A DNA stretch of 64,000 nt, from NCBI GenBank assembly GCA_951406725.2, contig OX597831.1, forward strand, positions 20,088,001-20,152,000, written 5' to 3'. Positions 53,491 through 64,000 of the stretch are shown one piece after another (the stretch's first letter is position 1; each line of letters begins with the position of its first letter). A program made the position numbers and the translations under genes. The DNA comes from Octopus vulgaris. Its lineage: Eukaryota. The notes under the pieces are model-generated. The model made no database searches, was not told the DNA's origin, and saw only the letters and a list, made by a program, of their open reading frames with translations.

Positions 53491-56045
53491 TATTTCCTCT
53501 AGTTTTTGTGTTCTTCGATCAAATCCCACCATGACCTATATGAACATGTTAATTTATTTTGCCCTCCTCACCATTTGTTGATTGATTTATCTATTGAACA
53601 CCTTCACCTGGCTCCTTCAGTGCCTTTACAGGAGTTCGATTTGTTCTAAGCATACTTCTGACTTCAAAATAACTTCCTCTCACTCTCCTTCCCTCTTTCT
53701 CTTATGTTCTATCTCTCTTCATATCTTCCTCACCCTTCCTCCCTCCCTTTCTTTCTCTCTCTCCCCCTTACTCTCTCTTCATATCTTCCTCACCCTCTCT
53801 CTCTCTCTTTCTCCTTTCTCTTCCTCCCTATCTCTCACTGTCTCTTCATATCTTCCTCATCTTCTCTCTCTTTCTCTTTCTCCCTCTCTCTCTCCCAGCA
53901 ATCTTGGTGGTCCTGTGAATGTCATAGACTTTGCTTATTGTTTTTTATCATACAAGTATTTATACTTGATAAAAAACAATAAGCAACATTTTTGTTCATC
54001 CTAACGTACTTATAACAATTCATAACCAGCAACTAATAACATTATATATTCATGTTATCCAGTCCATTTGTTATTTTCTTTCATTTTACAATGTAATAAT
54101 GACACATATATTGGTCATACAGTTTCCATATACCTTATGAAAATTTTTAACTATCTTAATACGGTTTTTTTCCTGGCGTGTTTTTCTTACATGAAGCTCG
54201 AGGTCCTACACTACGACCTCTATTGGCTGGATATGTACCTCCTTCTTACACGGTATACTCAGCCAACTCAAATCCAAACGACAGCAATTAGATCGAACTG
54301 ATACTGCGAAAAGTAATGTTCACTATTAACAGCTTACTATACAGGAGTTGAGATGCTGCAGGAACAGTACTCTAAAAATGTATACATATTACATCCCAGA
54401 GCAATGTTGTTGATGAAGTATGAAAGACATCGCCATGCGGAGACCAGTGTATTCACTTCCTGTAAACGCCCTCTCTTCAGCCAGCACCGAGACCCATAGT
54501 TAGGACAGTTTTCAGGCATTCGACATTTAGCAATTGGAAGAAACTTTCAGAAATTATTATTAGAGCTATCTCAGTTGCTGATATACATATACTTTCAAAG
54601 GTCGATTACACAGCTTTTAGTATTCTTTCTACTGGCAATGTAAAGACTGGTGCATTAAGACACTATAATCAAGGAGTTCAGGTCCTACCGACGCCAGCTC
54701 TGCATTTCAGCTTTTCTGGGTCGGTGGAAAAGTACCAAACCAGGATGGTAGATTAATGACACTGTTAGTTAGAGTAAAGAATCTTGTTAGATACCTTGAA
54801 GTTTCTACTGCGATTGTTTGTGTTCTGATAGCAACACCTGTGATGATTCTGGTGTCATGCTGCATTGGCCGAAATCATCACACTTTTCTTGGATAAACAT
54901 CAGTGGCGTGCAAAGAGAGGATTTGTATGCAAAAACGACTGTCAGTCTTCCTAAAAAAAATCTTTCCTAGGCTTAGACTTTGAGCAGATACATTGACAAC
55001 CTTAATTGACGGAGCCCCAATATAATACTCGTCAATTAGAACAGCTGTTCTCAAACTAAAAATAAATAAACCCAACTTCTTCACCAAAAAATATATTAAT
55101 AGAATTATTTTACTCCACCTCTCTATTACAATTTACATCATCATAATACTTCTTCATTCACTATGATGCTGGATGATTTTAAAAAGTTAGACGCCATCTT
55201 AATGTTATTAAATATGGAAAATTGTCTGCCTCGTTTTCAATACTCAAATGCCTCTCCTTAAAGCTCCTCGTTCGACGAGAAATACTCTCTATGACGTCAC
55301 AGTAAATTTCATAGTTTTATTTTAGGAAATCAAAATGTTAACATCTTCAGCTCCGGGAAATACGGTAATTAAACTTGGTGTGGGGTGTGGTTCATAGCAT
55401 TTAGTTTTTATTACCACAAACTTTACTACTTGTACAATTTGGTCTTGTAATAAAAAAAAATAGTCGAAACAAGTTCTCAACAAATCAATGGCGTTCTTTT
55501 TGTCTGTTCGCCACCATTTGTTTTCAAATTATATCCGACGAGGTTAGAAAATGAAGGTGTGAAAATAGTCGATTATATCGACCCCTGTTGCATTACTGAC
55601 GCATATTTCATTGACTCCTCAACGGATGTAAGTTAAATTTTGATAATGCCCACAGGTTTCATCAATTTCTTTACCGGCTGGCACGTGTTAAACAAGATTA
55701 ATTACATGATTAGAAGATGTGGTACTTGATGAATAGATGGTACTGATAAATGGCGATTTACTTGAAGCAGTATATAACAATTGCTTCTCAGTTTCTTGTG
55801 GGATCATTTCTAGTGGTCTATGGGTGCGAGGTATACGGTTTTGCACGGTATGGTTTCTTTAGCTATTTGACTGACTGTCTGTCTGTCTGTCTATCTATCC
55901 ATCTGTCTATGTTGCTAGCTAGCGATCTATCTGTCTGGCTGTACCTGTCTATCAATCTTCCTTCCTTTCTTTCTTTCTTTCTGTCAATCTATCTATGTTG
56001 CTATCTATCTGTCTGACTGTATCTGTCTATTTATCTAGCTATTTG

Positions 56046-56144
<99 letters not shown>

Positions 56145-56276
56145 GTCTGTCTGTCTGTCTGTCTGCCAGTCAATCAGTCTGCTTCCCTGTTTATCTGTCT
56201 ATCTCTCTTTCTCCCTCTCGGTCCCTATCTCCCCTTTCTCTCTCTCTCTCTTTCTCTCTCTCAATATATCTATCTA

Positions 56277-57459
56277 GTAGTGGTTGATGATGCGCAGACA
56301 CGCGCTGAGACGGAAACATCTCCAGCTTTGCGTAGACGACGGTGAACAGGTGTGGTCACCGTTTGTGAGGCACGCTTTCCCGCAGCTCGTCTCCATGACC
56401 GAACTGCAGTCGTGGACCAAAAAGAGGCCGAGGAAGGGCGAATGGCACCGCGAGTATCGCGTTACTCTCAAGCAACTATGCCGTCCCGGGTCGACTTTGA
56501 GCGACTTCAACACAACCAAAGTATTCTATAGGGGATTAGTGGAGGGGAGGTACGACGACGAGCTCGGGGCGAACCTGGACGTCGACGAGGAATACCTAAC
56601 CCGCCTGTTCAGGACGACTTTCGGGTCAAGGCCCATGGACAGAGATCTCTGGCCTGGCAGTGCTACCGAGGAGCACTACGCGTTCGGGATAAGCTCTACA
56701 GACACGACACGAGAAACACGGGGCCGACCTGCCCGAGATGCGGTTAGAGCGACGAAACCGTTCTGCACGCACTCGTGCAGTGTCCAACAATTTCCGACCT
56801 GTGGGCTTATGTCGAACGACTGCTGTTACGTGTGGGACGGGTCGGTTTATCAGCCGAGTCTATCGTCAATATTGTCACGCCTCCTTCCCTCAAACGGGAA
56901 GGAAGAGTTATTTTCATCATACTTGTGGCTATGGCGAAAGAATGTATCTGGTGGACACGTCTGAAAGGATTAGAGATAAACACTTTTCCCTCTAGTCAAT
57001 ATTTCATCAACTTCTTCAAGTATCACTTGAAAAGGAAAGTGAGAGTAGAGAGGCAAGTTCTGTCTTGCGAATGTTTCAAAAAATGATGGGTGAATGTAGC
57101 AAGGATGGCATGTATGAATGACGAAGCCACCTTGAGCATAATCCTATGAACCGGGAAAAATTTTAAACGGAGGGTTACTTACTTGCAAACAAATATGTTA
57201 ACATGTGACACTATTGACCGCGATTACTGTGGTCTTTTCCGTAGGCTTTTCCTTCCACGGATAAACCTTATCTGCTTCCCCCTTTACACTTTGCACCATG
57301 ATATTTTTGTGATACACGATCCCTATTGATCGCTTTTTTTTACGTTTTTACGATCCATTTTAAACGAAAACCTACCCCACTTTTTTTTTCTCCCAAAAAA
57401 GAAAAGCACTACTTTGTAATCTGTCCCGTCTGTGTGCAGCCCAGTGTGGCTAAAAAAAA
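56277..57459 (+). mobile_element. Tx1/L1-like LINE, 5'-truncated, with A-tail and 14-bp target-site duplication
   Basis: C-terminal CCHC knuckle CPRCG*SDETVLHALVQCP, then AMAKECIWWTR. Ends in ctaaaaaaaa. aatatatctatcta occurs at both 56263-56276 and 57458-57471. Confidence 0.8.
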
Positions 57460-57461
57460 TA

Positions 57462-57555
<94 letters not shown>

Positions 57556-57567
57556 GTTATCTATCCA

Positions 57568-57604
<37 letters not shown>

Positions 57605-57627
57605 GTTATCTATCTATCCATCTATCC

Positions 57628-57692
<65 letters not shown>

Positions 57693-57780
57693 GTTATGTA
57701 TCCAATCTATCTATCTATCTGACTGACTGTCACTATGCATTTCTATGCATGCTTATCTTTCTTTGAGTCCATAAATCTAT

Positions 57781-57840
<60 letters not shown>

Positions 57841-58223
57841 TTAGTACACACACATACACACACGCACGCACACACACACTCACATGCACTATGTACATAT
57901 GTCTGTATGCATGCTTGCATGCATGTATGTATGCTTGTATGTATACGCATGCCGCATTTGTCTGTGGCATTTATATGTTCTTATATAAGCAAGCAACAAT
58001 ATATATATTATATCTTATCAGTTTGTGTGTGTGTGTGTGTGCTTATCTTCCATGCACTGACACACTGCATATTTCCTTTGCTGAAATTTTTGATGGGTCA
58101 GTGCTGGCAACTGGCTGTTGTGATAACTGCAACACTCACATGCATAGGCATCAGTACAAGGACACATGCATATACACGTACGTATACGTGCGTATATGTA
58201 GACACATACACACACGCATACAT

Positions 58224-58259
<36 letters not shown>

Positions 58260-58295
58260 GTCACATATACACATTCTTGTAAGTAATCATAAATA

Positions 58296-58334
<39 letters not shown>

Positions 58335-58752
58335 CTACGCACTCACACATATATATGTCCATACGTAAGAATCTAAGCACACATTCACGCGTATCAATAT
58401 ATATGTGTGTATATATCTATCTAGATATATATATATACATATAGATATAGATATATATATGTATGTATGTATGGATGTATATATATTATAAAATCTTTGC
58501 GTTTAGATCCTCACAAAAACACGCACACTTATACATACACATATGTATAGACATATCCACGAATGCCGACTGACACTCACTCCCACCCCCTCCACCACCA
58601 CCCATTTACCCACGTCTTCATTTGTATCAGAGGTTGTTTACACATGCATCAGCCTTCTTGTATTCGGCCATTCTTTCTCTCCACTGTTCACGTATGTATA
58701 ATACATAGAAACACAATATATACATACATTCATATACGTGTGTATGTATATG

Positions 58753-58784
<32 letters not shown>

Positions 58785-58998
58785 TGTATGTATGTATGTA
58801 TGTATGTATGTATGTATGAATGCATGCATATGTGTGTGCGTCTGAGTAGATATGTGTGTGTGTGTGTGTGTATAAGGGGAAAGATTACATACCTTACAAT
58901 TAAGTGAAAAATTAGACCTTGCAATAAGATAGAGAAATGAGATTTTTTTCGAAGCTGTATCTTCAAAAATGCAGCTTTGAAAATGAATGTTTACATAC

Positions 58999-59061
<63 letters not shown>

Positions 59062-59155
59062 TATATGCATATACATATATATATATATTATATATATATA
59101 TATACACACGCACATACATTCATGTATTATAATATACATTATACATGTATAATAA

Positions 59156-59193
<38 letters not shown>

Positions 59194-59529
59194 CCGTACC
59201 TTCTATACCTATTTATCTGTTACTCTTCTTTGTATTTATTTCTCTTTAATGGTTTATCTGTCCATTTGTCATCGTACCTCTCTCTCTCTCTCTCTTTCTT
59301 TTCTTTCTTTGTCTATCTGTTTATCTCTTTATCTATTTGTCTATCTATTTATCCATCTATCTACGTTTGTTTCTTTTTCCGCCACCAGATGTCGACACTT
59401 GTACAAGCTATACGGCACCAAATATGGCTGCGGGTTTGATGGATTAAAACGGTGACCTATCTGTTGGCAGTAAAAATTGGAATGGAGTTAAATAGAAAAT
59501 AACTGAAGAGGAAGGGTGAGAATGGAAGT

Positions 59530-59572
<43 letters not shown>

Positions 59573-60205
59573 AACAATGAAAGAAAGAATGAAAGAAAGA
59601 ATGATGTGAGGAATGGAAACAATGAAGTTAGCGGAAAGACAGAAGCGAAGATTATAAGGCGGGAAACAAGGAAGAAAACGGAAATAGAAAGAGGTGGACG
59701 GAAAGATAGAAAGATAGACATAAGATAGTTTAATGGATAGAAGATATCTGAAAAATATAATGAAAAAGGAGAGGAGGAGATATATAAGAATAAAGTAATG
59801 AAAAACGAGAGAGGGGAAAAGAAACAACTGAATAAAAATGGAAAGAGAAAATGAGGGTAGAAAGTTAAGAAAGAAACTTTTAAATTTAGAAAGACAGACA
59901 TACAAGGGAAAACGAAAAGTCAAGGAAAAAATAAAAAGGAAGGTTAGAAAATGAAGAAAGAAGATAGCTTTAAGTATGATGGAAGTGAGAGAAGAAAGAA
60001 TACATTTAGCGAGTGTGATAGGTGAATGATATAATGTCAGACAGAAGGAAATTGTGGAACTACAAGCCAATAACGAAAACAAGAAGATAAAAGAGAGCGT
60101 GACCGGAAAGGGAAGTAATAAGTTGCATAAAACTCACCAATAAAATAAAAGAACAAACGAGAGAGAAAATGGAATATATATATATATACATATATATATA
60201 GTGAG

Positions 60206-60519
60206 GGCGCGTGGCTTAGTGGTTAGGGCATTCGGCTCATGATCGTAAGGTTGTGAGTTCGATTCCCGGCGACGCGTTGTGTCCTTGAGCAAGACACTTT
60301 ATTTCACGTTGCTCCAGTCCACTCAGCTGGCAAAAATGAGTTGTACTTGTATTTCAAAGGGTCAGCCTTGTCACTCTCTGTGTCACGCTGATTATCCCCG
60401 AGAACTACGTTAAGGGTACACGTGTCTGTGGAATGCTCAGCCATTTGCACGTTAATTTCACGAGCAAGCTGTTCCGTTGATCGTATCAGCTGGGACCCTC
60501 GTCGTCGTAACCGGCGGAG
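60206..60519 (+). mobile_element. SINE family B, full length
   Basis: tRNA-like head ggcgcgtggcttagtgg...gttcgattccc and CORE-like ccttgagcaagacacttt. Near-identical to 32738-33048. Confidence 0.85.
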
Positions 60520-60528
60520 TAAAAAAAA

Positions 60529-60611
<83 letters not shown>

Positions 60612-60620
60612 CATATATAT

Positions 60621-60690
<70 letters not shown>

Positions 60691-60692
<2 letters not shown>

Positions 60693-60868
60693 GCGCAGGA
60701 GTGGCTGTGTGGTAAGTAGCTTGCTAACCAACCACATGGTTCCGGGTTCAGTCCCACTGCGTGGCATCTTGGGCAAGTGTCTTCTGCTATAGCCCCGGGC
60801 CGACCAATGCCTTGTGAGTGGATTTGGTAGACGGAAACTGAAAGAAGCCTGTCGTATATATGTATGTG

Positions 60869-60930
<62 letters not shown>

Positions 60931-61092
60931 TCCCCCTAGCATTGCTTGACAACCGATGCTAGCGGTTCGGCAAAAGAGACCGATAGAATAAGTACTGGGC
61001 TTACAAAGAATAAGTCCCGGGGTCGATTTGCTCGACTAAAGGCGGTGCTCCAGCATGGCCGCAGTCAAAATGACTGAAACAAGTAAAAGAGA
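60691..61092 (+). mobile_element. SINE family A (reference copy)
   Basis: A box tggctgtgtgg, B-box-like gggttcagtccc, internal (TA)/(TG) microsatellite and tail ggcggtgctccagcatggccgcagtc..gactgaaacaagtaaaag. Further partial copies at 29050-29210, 44128-44265, 52730-52880, 61643-61833 and 63000-63680. Confidence 0.85.
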
Positions 61093-61185
<93 letters not shown>

Positions 61186-61499
61186 GCTATCACACTAATT
61201 ATTAAACTAAATGTAAATGTATCGTGAATGTCAAATTTACTGCGGTATTCGTCCGAAGATAATATCTCTTACGGATGTGTTGTGAGGGAAATGAAAATCG
61301 TCACAGAAGCAGTAAGTGAGAAAGCAAGGCGCATTTCTGCTTCGCTGATTGTTGTCAATAACGTGTACTCGCAGCTAGCCACATACTCAGACGAGGTTTG
61401 TTGCCGCTAATAAATAGTAAAACGGTGAATTAACAATAACTGATGTTGCGATTAGCCGCCCAGCTGAATAAAGGTCCGCTTCTTCACCGTTTTCTATAT

Positions 61500-62203
61500 C
61501 AGTGGCGACAGATTTCGTCTAAGCTTGTGGTTGACAGGGAATATACAACATTGACAAGGCCTAATTAGGCCGAAATGCAACAGGCGTGTTCACCTGCCGC
61601 TGCTGGAACGATTTTCGTCTCCCTCCGATATATATTGATACTTGTAAGCCTAGTACTTATTCTATTGGTCTCTATTGCCGGACTGCTAAGTTACGGGGAC
61701 GTAAACACACCAGCATTGGTTGTCAAGCGATGTTGGGGGGACAAACACAGACGCACAAACACATATATACGACGGGTTTCTTTCAGTTTCCGTCTACCAA
61801 ATCCACTCACAAGGCTTTGGTCGGCCCGAGGCTTTTTGACTCTGTGTGTGTTGTGCTTAAAAACGCGTTTATATTCTTGAATGTGATGAAGTGTAGAATT
61901 AGATTATTATCCTGCTTCCAGCTTCAGTGTTGCTGCCAGGATTTGAAAAAAAAAAGGGCAGATTTCCCCCCTCCCCCTTATTTTGTGATTTAGGGGGAAT
62001 TTTTGAAAAACAAGGAGGAATTCGCGGCGGTTTTCAGTGAACAAATTAAACACACTACTCGGTAGTGCCTAAAACGCAAACTGATCAAGTTTATGTATAA
62101 ATTTTCTTTTTATATGTTTGTTTCCTTTCACACAATATTAAAACAACGACTAAAAATTTTCTGAAGCAGCAGCCCCACTAATTTTATCTACGTGTCGCCA
62201 CTG
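61500..62203. mobile_element. Possible non-autonomous DNA transposon containing a SINE fragment
   Basis: 11-bp perfect inverted ends CAGTGGCGACA / TGTCGCCACTG. No TSD seen. Confidence 0.35.
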
Positions 62204-64000
62204 GTTTTGAGTGAAAAAAAGGAAGCAAAACCAGAATCATAAATCCTACAGGAACGAAGACGGATGGTGGGGTGGACGGTGAAGAACACTGAGAATGTAG
62301 ACATATCTAGAGAAAGAAGAAAAGAGAAAAAAAAAAGAAAAATGGAAAAAAAATCGAGAAAGTAGAAGCAAATAAGAAGAAAGAAATAAACGAAATGAAG
62401 TAAAGAAGATAGTCAAAGAGCGTAAAGGAAGAGAAAAGTCGAGCAGACGAGATAGTCACGAGGTTACGGACGTTGATTAAAATAACTGACTGGGAAACGA
62501 TGTGTGAGCTGTCGTTGTTGTTGTACATGAACGTTTTGAAGAAATGTTGCGCTGAGTAGAGAAGTTTACCTACTTTACTTAGCTAGTTCTAACTATCGGA
62601 GTATATGTGTGTGTGTGTGCGTGCATAATTATATGTATGCATGTATGTGTTCATATATATATAGTCAGTGTGTATGTATGTGCGTGCGTGTACCTAATAC
62701 ATTCTAAACTTGTGGAATGTTTCACATATTTTCACAGTTCCATTATTGGCTTCTAACTATAATTTCTTAGTTAACCGTGTCCTTTCTTATTTCATGAAGC
62801 CCAAGTTCTCAAGATTGGTGATGAAATAATTAGTTACACAACCACATGTCCCCAAGAATTGCTGGTATCATAATTAGAGGTATAGCGTGTGTATAGTATT
62901 GTATGGTATCCGTAGATTTCTCTTTGTTCGACGCTTATCTTGTCTTTCGCTTTTATCTCTAAAATTATGTTAAACAACAGTTCGATAAATAACTTGATAT
63001 GACAGTAAGAAGATTGGTTCGCAGTCGCATGGTCTGAAGTTCAGTCACACCGTGCGTCACTTGGGTAAATGCTGTTTAGTATAGCCCTGGGTTGAGCAAT
63101 GCTTTGTAAGTGGATTTAGTGTAGAGAAACTTGCGGAAGTCCGTTGAATGTGTGTGTCTACGCACGTATGAGTGTGACTCTGTGTTTGTAGTTCTACTCT
63201 GCCATCGTTGGGTAACCAATGTCGGTCTATTCTTTCCCACCGTCATGTGACAACCGGTGTCTCCGTAACCTAGTGGTTCGGCAAATGAGATCGATATAAT
63301 GAGTAGCAGACTTTAAGGAAAAAAATTAATACTGGGTTGATTAATCGACTAAAACCTTTCGAGGTGGTGTCCCAGTATGACCGCTATCCAGAAAGTGAAA
63401 CATGTAAAAGATAGAAAAATAGAACCGTACAAAATTTTTCTCTTCTCCATCTTAGATCCTCATACCAGGTCAATTACGCTTGTATTTTACAGAGGTTTCC
63501 ATAGAAACATTCCACCAATCTACTTTCTCTGTGATTAAGGTGTTTGCTTTGCAACCACATGATTACAGGTTCAGTCCCACCGCGTGGCACCTTTGGATAG
63601 TATCTTCTGCTATAGCCTCGGTCGGACCAAAGCTTTGTGAGTGGATTTGGTAGACAGAAACTGAAAGAAACCCATCGTATATGTATGTGTGTGAGTGTGC
63701 GTGTTTGTGTGTGTGTGTGTGTATTAAGGTTACCATTGGTTTCGTGTTAAGAAAACTATCTTAATATCTAAACACTTTTCAAGCCCATCACATGGAGGAA
63801 TGGTGTTCGTCTCCATTTTTGAGCACTCATTCTTGTTCTTCGACATTTACATGTGTGTGTGTGTGTGCGTGTGTGTGTGTGTGTGTATGCATTGTTCCCA
63901 CTGCTTGACAACTGGTGTCAAATAGTTATGAGAGTCTGCCTGAGCAAAATAGGAACCATAGCCAGTGTTCCATAAATATTCTGCTTTTCGCTGATTTTTG

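Noticed and set aside
60206-60280. tRNA genes (also at 17515, 30985, 32738, 52180 and 53313)
   Set aside because: The tRNA-like segments continue into SINE bodies and lack clean cloverleaf ends, so they are SINE heads.

Overview
AT-rich eukaryotic genomic DNA, dense in microsatellites ((TA)n, (CA)n, (TATG)n, (GATA)n, (AAT)n) and transposons. The SINE and microsatellite content looks like an octopus (coleoid cephalopod) genome; this is an inference, not a database result. Most ORFs in the track are microsatellite artefacts. One host gene is supportable: a minus-strand calponin/transgelin (SM22/MP20-like) gene. Its first coding exon (45352-45405, MSSYRAVRAGLAKEESQK) splices in phase across a ~45 kb intron to a calponin-homology exon (207-361). 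The intron and flanks contain a decayed R4/Dong element, CR1-group, Tx1-like and RTE LINE fragments, Helitron relics, a hAT transposase fragment, several MITEs, a probable solo LTR, a full-length U6 pseudogene and many tRNA-derived SINEs of three families. The most notable signal is a set of minimal type I hammerhead ribozyme motifs. One sits in a highly structured 351-bp unit with 67-bp terminal redundancy (retrozyme-like, 29448-29865) that has two diverged relatives in the window. A back-to-back pair sits in a ~330-bp palindrome (29897-30224), and further Penelope-type variants occur elsewhere. All family assignments come from motif recognition by eye.
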